46,849 nt of DNA from a bacterium. Its GTDB lineage: Bacteria > UBP14 > UBA6098 > B30-G16. Positions within the stretch are counted from its first letter, which is position 1, and each line of letters starts with the position of its first letter. This document shows, one piece after another, positions 8,014 to 16,614 of the stretch. The translations under genes and the position numbers were made by a program. Location of the stretch: the NCBI GenBank assembly GCA_021162205.1, contig JAGGZE010000070.1, positions 1-46,849 on the forward strand. The letters run 5' to 3'. The notes beneath the pieces are model-generated. The model ran no database searches and was not told the DNA's origin. It was given only the letters and a program-made list of their open reading frames with translations.

Positions 8014-10129
8014 AAAATTCTCCTTTCGGTTCACATACAAGAATACAGACCGAATTAGAATCTATAATCGAATCGGGTTCGGGTAATTGCTTAATCACGA
8101 TACCTCTTCCCTGAATTCGCATCGGGATATTATGTTCGGATAAAAGCTCGATAGCTTTTCTCAATGGCAATCCAACCAAATCGGGAACAGCTGTTGTATC
8201 TTTCGAGTCCGCTAAAAGTTGATGCAGGTGAAGAATTATAACACTGTTCGGTTCGACAACTCGTCCTTGTTCGGGACTTTGGTCGATTACTACATTTCCA
8301 ACACCGTAAATTTTTGCATCGAGATTTCTCATTTTCAATATCTCACGCGCTTGTTCGGGAGTCGTTCGGATGAGATTAGGAACAGAAACGAGTTTGTCTC
8401 GATTTCGATTCCGCTGATAGACGAAAAGCTTTTGCGAACTCGGCGATGGAAAAATCCCTGCGCTAATCGCTTTTTCCAGCACATTTCTAAAAACAGGAGA
8501 AGCGACATACCCACCGTAATGATTTTTAGTTTTCGGGTCATCTATTACGACCAAACCGACGATATATGGGTCGTCGTATGGAGCATATCCCACAAACGAT
8601 GCAAAATATGAATCGGTTCGATAACCTTTCTCACCGATGAGAGTTTTATGACTCGTTCCAGTTTTGCCAGCGATTTTGATTATATTCGAATTCGCCTTCA
8701 CCGCTGTTCCGTGAGTTACAACCTCTCTGAAAATCTGCGACAATGTGTCCGCAACCCATCGTGAAATTACTCTTCGGATACGAAGCGGTTTTTTATCTAT
8801 CACTCTATCATCGTTGAATTTAGAGATTTTATCTACTACATAGGGACGCATAAGAACACCATCGTTTGCAACAGCTCCATAGGCGGATGCAATTTGAATA
8901 GAAGTTGCAGATACCTCGTATCCCATAGGTAAAGTTGCCATAGTAGTTCCCCACCATTTCGACGGCGGACGAAGTATTCCCGAAGATTCTGCATTGAGGT
9001 CTATATTGGTCGGTGTGCCGAATCCGAAAAGTTTTATATATTTGTAGAAAGTAGCTTTATCGAAATTCTGAGCGATTAGAGTTATACCGACATTACTGGA
9101 ATGAATCATAATATCTCTTGCAGGAGTTTTCCCTATCGAATGCACATCGGTTACAGTTCTTCCGCAAATCCTGATTGTTCCATTGTGTGTGTCGATTGTA
9201 TCTAAAGTTGTGATTAAATTTTCCTGGAGTGCGCCTGCGAATGTTACGAGTTTGAATATCGAACCTGGTTCGTAAGGGTCGGTAATGTTGCGGTTTCGAC
9301 GCATTTTCAATGGATATTTTATATAATCGTTCGGGTCGAAATTCGGCAGCGATGTCATCGAAAGAACTTCGCCAGTATGTGGATTCAGTAGAATAGTGCA
9401 TGCGGAATTAGCTTCGGTTTCTTTTAGTCGTTTTTTCAATTCCGTTTCGACTATCCCTTGCAATTCGATATCGATTGTCAAATATATATCGTTCCCAGGG
9501 ATAGGTTCGCCTGTGGAATAGCAAAGTAATGGATAGCCATCGCCGAATCCATCGGTGAAAATTAGTTTCTGAGTCGGGATACCTGCAAGCAAGGAATCAT
9601 ACATAAGTTCGATACCTGCGATACCTTTGCCATCGTTGTTCACGCATCCGATGAGTGTCGATGCCAGTGAACCATAAGGATATGAACGGCTATAAAATGG
9701 TGTAAAATATATACCATCTATCTTTTTACTTTTTATCTTTTGAGCAATCGGGGTTGGAACCTTGCGTTCGAGATAGACGAATCTTCGCTCGATATAAGGC
9801 AAAATTTTGTTGAGATAGAATCCTGAAGGTTTTTGAAAAATTTGACAAAGAACGCTATCTACAGTATCGAGACTATCCAACTGCTGCGGGTCGGCAACGA
9901 TATCGTAGAAAATATTATCTCTCGCGAGAAGTTTCCCGTTTCTATCGTATATAGAACCTCTTCTTGCAGGAATATCCTTAGATTTTACCTGCTGATTGAT
10001 AGCTCGCTGTTTGAGTTGTTTTGCCGAAAATACTTGAATCGCAACAAGTCTTGCCTGAACGATTACAATCGCAGCAACCCATAGTAAAGCCACAATCACG
10101 AGACGATTTATGTGTTTCGATGAAAACAT
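7973..10129 (-). CDS. ftsI: FtsI-type class B penicillin-binding protein (transpeptidase) with two C-terminal PASTA-like repeats
   Basis: 718 aa with an N-terminal membrane anchor. Transpeptidase motifs are SxxK 'SIFK', SxN 'SSN' and KTG 'KTGT'. The C-terminus carries two ~55-aa repeats, VPNLIR...VIILHL and VPDLVG...VCILVC. Confidence 0.9.
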   Translation of the reverse strand: MFSSKHINRLVIVALLWVAAIVIVQARLVAIQVFSAKQLKQRAINQQVKSKDIPARRGSIYDRNGKLLARDNIFYDIVADPQQLDSLDTVDSVLCQIFQKPSGFYLNKILPYIERRFVYLERKVPTPIAQKIKSKKIDGIYFTPFYSRSYPYGSLASTLIGCVNNDGKGIAGIELMYDSLLAGIPTQKLIFTDGFGDGYPLLCYSTGEPIPGNDIYLTIDIELQGIVETELKKRLKETEANSACTILLNPHTGEVLSMTSLPNFDPNDYIKYPLKMRRNRNITDPYEPGSIFKLVTFAGALQENLITTLDTIDTHNGTIRICGRTVTDVHSIGKTPARDIMIHSSNVGITLIAQNFDKATFYKYIKLFGFGTPTNIDLNAESSGILRPPSKWWGTTMATLPMGYEVSATSIQIASAYGAVANDGVLMRPYVVDKISKFNDDRVIDKKPLRIRRVISRWVADTLSQIFREVVTHGTAVKANSNIIKIAGKTGTSHKTLIGEKGYRTDSYFASFVGYAPYDDPYIVGLVVIDDPKTKNHYGGYVASPVFRNVLEKAISAGIFPSPSSQKLFVYQRNRNRDKLVSVPNLIRTTPEQAREILKMRNLDAKIYGVGNVVIDQSPEQGRVVEPNSVIILHLHQLLADSKDTTAVPDLVGLPLRKAIELLSEHNIPMRIQGRGIVIKQLPEPDSIIDSNSVCILVCEPKGEFFDTQKTKNNYREN

Positions 10130-10145
10130 ACATAAATTTTCAGAA

Positions 10146-10577
10146 TTAAAGTGTGCCCGAATTATATTCGGACATAAGGTTTTTGTTCGAACCTGTGATA
10201 GATGCCCATTTCTGCGTGAAATACTTTTTTATAGCAAAGAAACTTTGTTTCAAATGTGAATTAGTTTTTTGATATTGCTGTTTATCGATTACGAGTATTC
10301 TGTCATCCGATTTGGAATAATGGAGACCGCATATTTCACCGGCAAGCGACTCGATGCGTTCGGATGAGTAAAGTTCTGACAAAATTATTTCTTTTTCGGA
10401 ATTTTGTGAACGCAATTCTCTCATGCGGTATTCCAATTTTACGACCTGTCTCGAGATTGAAAGTGTATATGCTCGTTGCCAAACGAAAAGAATTGCACAT
10501 ATAGATATGGCGAGTATTAAAGCGGGGATTTTCAATGAAGCGAAACCCCTTAACAACTTGTTCTTCAAAAATATCAC
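10146..10577 (-). CDS. ftsL: FtsL-like bitopic division protein
   Basis: 143 aa with a single TM helix followed by a coiled-coil-like segment. Position between rsmH and ftsI. GTG start preceded by AGGAG at 4-nt spacing. Confidence 0.7.
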   Translation of the reverse strand: MIFLKNKLLRGFASLKIPALILAISICAILFVWQRAYTLSISRQVVKLEYRMRELRSQNSEKEIILSELYSSERIESLAGEICGLHYSKSDDRILVIDKQQYQKTNSHLKQSFFAIKKYFTQKWASITGSNKNLMSEYNSGTL

Positions 10578-10588
10578 AATTCTCCTTT

Positions 10589-11512
10589 TTAAAGTTTTTC
10601 AGCGACTCGAAGTTTCGCTGAACGCGCTCGTGAATTTCTTCCGATTTCTTCCTTCGATGGAATAATCGGTTTTTTCGTTATAATCCGTAGACTCTTTCGA
10701 TGACCGCATCGGCAGACAGGCAATTCGGGTGGACAGATGCAATCTTTCGATTCGGTGATGAAAAAATTTTTGACGATTCTATCTTCACCCGAATGGTATG
10801 TTATCACGGCGATTCTTCCGCCCGATTCGACAATTTCGAGACTCGATTCGAGCGCCTGTTTCAGTTTATCGAATTCATCGTTGACCTCGATTCTAATCGC
10901 TTGAAAAATCCGAGCTAAAAAATCGTTTTGTCTATAACTTGGTATTCCATTCGCGACGATTTCCGCGAGTTCGGTGGTGGTTTCGATTCGATTTTTCTTC
11001 CTTGCCGAAATTATTTTTTTCGCAATCGATTTGGCATTTCTTAAATCGGCAAAATCGTGGAAAATCTGTATCAATCTCGATTCGCTGTATCTATTCACGA
11101 CTTCATACGCGGTTTTGGATGATTTTTTATCGAACCTCATATCTAACATCCCATTTTTTTTGAACGAGAAACCATAAGTGTTGTCATCCACCATTTCCGA
11201 ACGAAGACCGAGGTCGAAAAGGATGCCATCGACGAAATCGTATTCTGTTTCATCGCGGACAATCTGTTCGATATCGGCAAAATCGCCATAAAAGACCGAA
11301 ATTCTATTTCCAAAGAGCTTTAGTTTATTTATTGCAGTTTCGACAGCTCGAATATCTTTGTCGATTCCGATAATTTTAACATTTTTCGCAGATTTCAATA
11401 TTTCGAGCGAGTGTCCTCCATCACCGATTGTGGCATCCACATAAATTCCATCATCGGTTATAACTAAAAATTCAAGAATCTTCCAAGTCAGAACGCTTTG
11501 GTGGTATTTCAT
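10589..11512 (-). CDS. rsmH: RsmH (MraW), 16S rRNA m4C1402 methyltransferase
   Basis: 'YHQSVL' (HxPVL-type N-terminus) and SAM loop 'VDATIGDGGHS'. The ATG at 11512 (MKYHQSVL) is preferred over the longer track start at 11560. Confidence 0.92.
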   Translation of the reverse strand: MKYHQSVLTWKILEFLVITDDGIYVDATIGDGGHSLEILKSAKNVKIIGIDKDIRAVETAINKLKLFGNRISVFYGDFADIEQIVRDETEYDFVDGILFDLGLRSEMVDDNTYGFSFKKNGMLDMRFDKKSSKTAYEVVNRYSESRLIQIFHDFADLRNAKSIAKKIISARKKNRIETTTELAEIVANGIPSYRQNDFLARIFQAIRIEVNDEFDKLKQALESSLEIVESGGRIAVITYHSGEDRIVKNFFITESKDCICPPELPVCRCGHRKSLRIITKKPIIPSKEEIGRNSRARSAKLRVAEKL

Positions 11513-11972
11513 ATTTTTTCCGTTTTCCTCGTATCGCAGCGCTAAAAAATGTTTTTGCACCTTTGTTATAATTAACTTTCGAATCTTTCAAATGTTTTTC
11601 ATATTCATCGGGATTCCATATTTCAATCCAATCGACGACGCCGAGTATAAGAACATCGCTATCGATACTCGCTATATCGAGCAGTGTTTGTGGGATATTG
11701 ATTCTACCCTGATTGTCCACAGGGAGATAATGTGCCCAGGATGCGAATTCACGATAGAAATTTAATCCCTGTTCCATCTCGAGTTCGGATGGGTCGAATT
11801 CGTCGATAAATTTCTCAAACTTATCCACAGGAAAAACAGCGATACAGCCATCGATTCCTTTGCTGACAACAAACTGACTATATTGCAAACCAATTCCAGC
11901 TTCACGCATTTTAGATGGTAATGCGAGTCTGCCTTTGGCATCGAGTTTATGTGTGTATCTTCCTGTGAACAT
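11472..11972 (-). CDS. mraZ: MraZ transcriptional regulator
   Basis: 166 aa starting MFTGRYTHKLDAKGRLALPSKMRE, with a second half-repeat (DNQGRINIPQTLL). First gene of the dcw cluster. Confidence 0.92.
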   Translation of the reverse strand: MFTGRYTHKLDAKGRLALPSKMREAGIGLQYSQFVVSKGIDGCIAVFPVDKFEKFIDEFDPSELEMEQGLNFYREFASWAHYLPVDNQGRINIPQTLLDIASIDSDVLILGVVDWIEIWNPDEYEKHLKDSKVNYNKGAKTFFSAAIRGKRKKYEIPPKRSDLEDS

Positions 11973-12051
11973 TTTTCAGTCCTTAAAAATATCTAATAAG
12001 TTTCATCAAGGTTTTTGCTTAACCCTTTGTAATTCAAAGTATTATTAAATT

Positions 12052-12077
12052 CCCCACTTTTCCCCACTCATCCCCAC
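12052..12077 (-). promoter_or_regulatory. three direct GTGGGG repeats at 10-nt period (MraZ-box-like operator)
   Basis: The minus strand reads GTGGGGatgaGTGGGGaaaaGTGGGG. The repeats lie between the predicted -10 and the mraZ ATG. Confidence 0.7.
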
Positions 12078-12084
12078 AACAAAT

Positions 12085-12112
12085 ACTATATGAATGAGTT
12101 CGATTTTGTCAA
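12085..12112 (-). promoter_or_regulatory. sigma70-type promoter for the dcw operon (Pmra)
   Basis: Minus strand TTGACA (12112-12107), 16-nt spacer, TATAGT (12090-12085), about 110 nt upstream of mraZ. Confidence 0.6.
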
Positions 12113-12150
12113 GTGGAAAAATCAATTATTTAAAATTTTTTTAAGAGAAT

Positions 12151-13701
12151 TTAAATATTGAAAGGATACCAGAATATAAGATAAATTATCGAATAGGTTG
12201 TCGAAAACAATAATAGCAGTGTCTCTTTTGGATTAGATGATAAAATTATGTAGAAAAACATAACGATTGCAAATCCAATCGCAGCGAAAATCGGTATCGA
12301 TGAAATATGCCCTGCGATTATGGGAATTAAAATTATCGCTATAGCGGAAAATATTGAGCAAATAATTTTTCCATTATTATAGCCAAATATAGTTGGAATT
12401 GTAAATGTATTAGATTGTCTATCGCCATCGATATCTTTTAAATCTTTTGTGCAGAAACCGAGCATCACGCAAATAACCGCTGCCCATGCGATTCCTGCGG
12501 GAAATTTATCTATATTTCCCCTGATAAATGAATAACCCATCAGGATTCCCGAAAGTGTTGTCAAACCGAGAGTAAGCGTAGCGATTATCGGAATTCTTTT
12601 CAATCTCGCAGGTGTTGCGGAATAAATATATGCCAATGCGACGAACATAGTGGCGACCTTGAACACAGCACTTTTCTGTGAACCGAGAAAAATTAGGCCG
12701 ATTATCAATCCAACCCATGCAATAGAGGATGATTCATTTTTTTCGATAATATTTTGAACTATCGGTGTTCTATTTTGAGAAATCGAATCGCCATCATAGT
12801 CGTAGTAATAATTTATAAAAACTGCGAATATCCATAGAGCGACATAACCAATAATCATTGACAATAAGTCGATATAATTTATAACATACAATTTTTGAAT
12901 AGAACCACCGATTCCAATCCATACTCCGGCAATAATCATTCCGCCATAATGAATAAATCGAATCGGTCGAAATCCTTTTAGTAATGCATAAAATATATTT
13001 TTATTTAGTATATAAATCCATATAATCGTTAATATATAAATTATGATAACAAAACTCGACGATGCACTAATATGCCGTGTTCCCGAGAATAGTATAGGCG
13101 AAATATATCGAAGTATATTTGAGATGATTGAATTTATATATATTATCGATGCAGGTATAAATAATAGTATATTAAAAATATACGGCACCAATATAGCTTT
13201 CCATATAGTTTTGGTTCGTGTATATATATATATAAATAAAAGAAATGAAATAATATATAGTTCGATTCGTAGACCGGGTGAAAGGCCCCTGTGCATAGGA
13301 TAAAACGGAAGAGTCATATATAATGAAATCATTCCATTAAAAAATTGTTTAAAATTAGAAAAGTTAAGATAACCGAGTTGGAAACCCTCACCCAAAATTA
13401 AAATATCGAGAATCGGTGCAAGAAAAATCAAAATTATTCCGAATGCAGATATTTTATAGCTTTTTTCAGATGGAGGGACAAATAGTCCGAGTAAAATAGC
13501 ACAAATCAAAAATCCAATAAGATAAAACATTGGGAATTCAGAAAAATATAAATTTGCTCTAAATAATTTCCCATTACTTATAAAACTTTCGAGTCCATTG
13601 CGAATAAGTATCACGGCGATTATATATAATCCCAAAGACTTAAAATCCCCTGAACTCTCAATAGAATCTATAAATGTTTTTATTTTATCGCTAATTTTCA
13701 T
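12151..13701 (-). CDS. polytopic membrane protein: N-terminal unknown multi-TM domain fused to a UbiA-superfamily prenyltransferase domain
   Basis: 516 aa. The C-terminal half carries UbiA-type Asp-rich motifs 'NYYYDYDGDSISQNRTPI' (NxxxDxxxD...R.P) and 'KDLKDIDGDRQSNTFTIP'. The N-terminal ~250 aa is hydrophobic with no motif I recognise. Confidence 0.65.
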   Translation of the reverse strand: MKISDKIKTFIDSIESSGDFKSLGLYIIAVILIRNGLESFISNGKLFRANLYFSEFPMFYLIGFLICAILLGLFVPPSEKSYKISAFGIILIFLAPILDILILGEGFQLGYLNFSNFKQFFNGMISLYMTLPFYPMHRGLSPGLRIELYIISFLLFIYIYTRTKTIWKAILVPYIFNILLFIPASIIYINSIISNILRYISPILFSGTRHISASSSFVIIIYILTIIWIYILNKNIFYALLKGFRPIRFIHYGGMIIAGVWIGIGGSIQKLYVINYIDLLSMIIGYVALWIFAVFINYYYDYDGDSISQNRTPIVQNIIEKNESSSIAWVGLIIGLIFLGSQKSAVFKVATMFVALAYIYSATPARLKRIPIIATLTLGLTTLSGILMGYSFIRGNIDKFPAGIAWAAVICVMLGFCTKDLKDIDGDRQSNTFTIPTIFGYNNGKIICSIFSAIAIILIPIIAGHISSIPIFAAIGFAIVMFFYIILSSNPKETLLLLFSTTYSIIYLIFWYPFNI

Positions 13702-13891
13702 AATCGAATACTAATAATATTTTGAATTTATGCAATAATATAATAATAATTGACAATAAATATATAAGTATTGACTAATATAATAATAATAAGTTATAAT
13801 AATCGAAAAAGAAAATTCTTTTATTGCATTCCTCTAATTTTTTATATAATTTATAAAATATATCAAAATAATCTAAATTCGGGAGAAAATA

Positions 13892-14428
13892 ATGAATTAT
13901 CACGGAACGACTATAATCGGTATAGTAAGAGATGGCAAAGCCGTTATTGCAGGCGATGGACAGGTTACACTCGGCGAAATGGTTATAAAAGGTAATGCCA
14001 GAAAGGTTCGTTACCTTGCAGATGAAAGTGTCCTTGCAGGTTTTGCCGGTGCCGCCGCAGATGGTCTCGCATTGCTTTCAAGGTTCGAAAGTAAATTATC
14101 CGAACACAACGATTTAATTCGCTCGGCAGTCGAACTCGCTAAAGAATGGCGAACCGATAAAGCTCTGCGAAGACTCGAAGCCGAACTCGCCGTTCTCGAT
14201 AACGAAAAAGCATTATTGCTCACAGGTGCAGGCGATGTGTTAGAACCGGAAAATGGAATCGTTGCAATAGGCTCGGGTTCCGGATATGCTATTTCAGCAG
14301 CGAAAGCGTTTTTAATGCAGGATAATAAAATGCCGATTGAAAAAATAGCACGACAATCACTCGAAATAGCATCGCAAATCTGCATATATACTAATTCCAA
14401 TATCACACTATTGGAACTTAACGATTGA
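13892..14428 (+). CDS. hslV: HslV, ATP-dependent protease proteolytic subunit
   Basis: 178 aa, 'HGTTIIGIVRDGKAVIAGDGQVTLGEMVIKGNARKVR', matching the HslV/CodW N-terminal pattern. SD gggag upstream. Confidence 0.92.
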   Translation: MNYHGTTIIGIVRDGKAVIAGDGQVTLGEMVIKGNARKVRYLADESVLAGFAGAAADGLALLSRFESKLSEHNDLIRSAVELAKEWRTDKALRRLEAELAVLDNEKALLLTGAGDVLEPENGIVAIGSGSGYAISAAKAFLMQDNKMPIEKIARQSLEIASQICIYTNSNITLLELND

Positions 14429-14440
14429 TTACCTTATTGC

Positions 14441-14513
14441 GCGCCCGTAGCTCAACGGATAGAGCGTTGGCCCCCGGAGCCAAAGGTTGAGGGTTCGAAT
14501 CCCTCCGGGCGCA
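14441..14513 (+). tRNA. tRNA-Arg, anticodon CCG
   Basis: Manual cloverleaf: acceptor gcgcccg/cgggcgc, D arm gctc-aacggata-gagc, anticodon arm ttggc-CCCCGGA-gccaa, variable aggtt, T arm gaggg-ttcgaat-ccctc, discriminator A. No CCA is encoded. Confidence 0.88.
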
Positions 14514-14532
14514 CACCCCTTCGGGTGTTTTC
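14513..14532 (+). terminator. Rho-independent terminator after tRNA-Arg
   Basis: Stem acaccc/gggtgt with loop cttc, followed by tttcttc. Confidence 0.65.
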
Positions 14533-14579
14533 TTCGTGCAACTTTCCTTGTTCTCCGAACAATTCCCTGTTGCACCTGC
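14529..14579 (+). repeat. copy A of the conserved structured intergenic element (T-tract plus nested hairpin)
   Basis: tttcttc-gtgcaac-TTTCC-ttgttc-tcc-gaacaa-TTCCCT-gttgcac-ctgc. Same architecture as the copies at 43134-43187 and 44540-44592. Confidence 0.75.
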
Positions 14580-14663
14580 TTAATAAATAAATTTTAAAAT
14601 ACCGATAAAAGTTAGTTTTCCTATTTTTCTACTGAGAAAAAAGAAATTCTAATCAAAAAATGA

Positions 14664-14691
14664 TTGCTAAAAATTAAAATAAATTTATAAT
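14664..14691 (+). promoter_or_regulatory. candidate sigma70-type promoter for gcvH
   Basis: TTGCTA, 16-nt spacer, TATAAT, about 40 nt upstream of the gcvH ATG. The AT-rich context makes this weak. Confidence 0.35.
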
Positions 14692-14732
14692 TGTAAATTA
14701 TTTTAATAAACCAAATTTATTAGGAGGTTATA

Positions 14733-15110
14733 ATGGTTCTCGATGGTCTTTATTACACAAAGGAACACGAATGGGTTAAGGTCGAAGGCGACATAGCATC
14801 GGTTGGAATAACCGATTATGCACAAGGTGAACTTGGCGATGTCGTTTATGTGGAGCTTCCTTCTACCAATAAAAAAGTCTCGGTCGGTGATACATTCAGC
14901 ACAATCGAGGCTGTTAAAGCCGTTTCGGATGTCTATTCTCCCGTTTCCGGTGAAATTGTCGAAGTGCATCGGGAATTGGCAACAGTTCCAGACCTTATAA
15001 ACAAAGACCCATACGGTAGTGGATGGATGACAAAAATAAAAATCGCTAATCACGATGACATTAAAAATCTACTTTCTGCCGATGAATACAGGAAGCTTAT
15101 CGGGGAATAA
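14733..15110 (+). CDS. gcvH: glycine cleavage system H protein
   Basis: 125 aa, 'YTKEHEWVKVEGD..GITDYAQ', lipoyl-lysine context 'TIEAVKAVSDVYSP'. Strong SD taggagg. Confidence 0.95.
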   Translation: MVLDGLYYTKEHEWVKVEGDIASVGITDYAQGELGDVVYVELPSTNKKVSVGDTFSTIEAVKAVSDVYSPVSGEIVEVHRELATVPDLINKDPYGSGWMTKIKIANHDDIKNLLSADEYRKLIGE

Positions 15111-15235
15111 TTTTTCGCACAGGATATTTTATCGAAACATTTTTATCATTTGCATCGTCTAATTTATATAGTGCGATTGCAATTTGTTTCTGATAATCGA
15201 AATTTTTATAATGAAATACAATTTGGAGGCACAAA

Positions 15236-16597
15236 ATGGCTGATTTCCCATATCTCCCTCAAACAGATGAAAATCGTCGAGATATGCTAAAAAGAATAGG
15301 TGTCGATTCAATCGATGAACTTATCGATGATGCAATTCCAAAGGAAATACAATTCGATGCAAAATTACCACTTCCCGATGGTTTATCCGATATCGAAATC
15401 GAAAGAATAATTGCATCTCTCGCCGATAAGAATCGTGCTGCGAAAATGAAAAATTTCATTGGCGGTGGAGCTTACGAAATGTATGTTCCGGCAACTGTGG
15501 ATGAAATCGCTGGACGCCCTGAATTTTATACTGCATATACTCCATATCAACCCGAGGTCAGTCAGGGAACACTTACCGCTGTTTTTGAATTCCAGTCGAT
15601 GATGGCAACTTTGACAGGTATGAAAGTAGCTAATGCCTCGATGTATGACGGTGCATCGGCAACCGCGGAAGCCGCTATTCTTGCACTGCATTCCACGAAA
15701 CGCAAAAGAGTGATTTATTCACAAGGACTTAATCCACTTTATCTCGAGGTTCTGCGAACATACATTCACAGTTTCGATGTGGAACTTGTTCCTGTGCCAT
15801 CGAGCAGCGGAACTACCGATGTATCGGCACTCGAAAAACTTGTCGATGAAAACACCGCTTGTGTTATCGTTCAAAATCCCAACTTCTTCGGTATAGTCGA
15901 AGATGGTAAGCAATTTGCGGATATAATTCATTCGGTGGGTGCTATTTATATCGTTGCGATACCAGACCCGATGAGTCTCGGGATTATTGCACCACCCGGT
16001 GATTACGATGCCGATGTCGCTGTCGGTGAGGCTCAACAGTTCGGGAATTACATCTCTTATGGTGGACCATATATCGGTTTTATGACTGCAAAAAAGGAAT
16101 TGATTCGCTCTATGCCCGGCAGAATTATCGGAATGACCAAAGATGTCGATGGCAAACGCGGTTTCGTTATGGTATTCCAGACGAGGGAACAGCATATCCG
16201 TCGAGCGAGAGCGACATCGAATATTTGCACGAATCAGCAATTGTGTGCACTCAGAGCGACTGTATATCTCGCACTACTCGGTGCAAAAGGATTTTCTACT
16301 CTATCTAAACTTTTATTCGACCGAGCTCATTATTTGGCGGAAAAATTGACTGAAATTTCAGGTATATCTTTATTGTTCGATGCGCCATTTTTCAGAGAAT
16401 TTGCGATTAAAATTCCGGGCAAGGCATCCGATGTTGTAGAAACTTTCGCTCGAAAAAATATACTTCCTGGAATTAATGTGGGGAAATTTTATTCGGCAAT
16501 GGAGGATGTGCTTTTGATTTCATCCTCAGATTTATATGCTAAGGACGACATCGACGAACTTGTCGAATCGATGAAAAAATATTGGAATGAAATTTAA
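15236..16597 (+). CDS. gcvPA: glycine dehydrogenase (decarboxylating) subunit 1
   Basis: 453 aa with the 'YTPYQPEVSQGTL' signature. SD ggagg upstream. Confidence 0.95.
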   Translation: MADFPYLPQTDENRRDMLKRIGVDSIDELIDDAIPKEIQFDAKLPLPDGLSDIEIERIIASLADKNRAAKMKNFIGGGAYEMYVPATVDEIAGRPEFYTAYTPYQPEVSQGTLTAVFEFQSMMATLTGMKVANASMYDGASATAEAAILALHSTKRKRVIYSQGLNPLYLEVLRTYIHSFDVELVPVPSSSGTTDVSALEKLVDENTACVIVQNPNFFGIVEDGKQFADIIHSVGAIYIVAIPDPMSLGIIAPPGDYDADVAVGEAQQFGNYISYGGPYIGFMTAKKELIRSMPGRIIGMTKDVDGKRGFVMVFQTREQHIRRARATSNICTNQQLCALRATVYLALLGAKGFSTLSKLLFDRAHYLAEKLTEISGISLLFDAPFFREFAIKIPGKASDVVETFARKNILPGINVGKFYSAMEDVLLISSSDLYAKDDIDELVESMKKYWNEI

Positions 16598-16614
16598 CAA
16601 ATGAAGGGGGATAA

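Noticed and set aside
14536-14575. Copy A's outer stem (GTGCAAC...GTTGCAC) resembles integron attC R''/R' cores (RYYYAAC / GTTRRRY).
   Set aside because: Each core has a mismatch to the consensus. Copies B and C (gcacaag/cttgtgc, gcgttgc/gcaacgc) do not fit at all. No integrase is present.
14533-14732. Expected glycine riboswitch upstream of the gcv operon.
   Set aside because: I could not find the tandem aptamer hallmarks (GGAGAG...CACCG-type cores) in the 200-nt leader. The leader holds element copy A followed by AT-rich promoter-like sequence.
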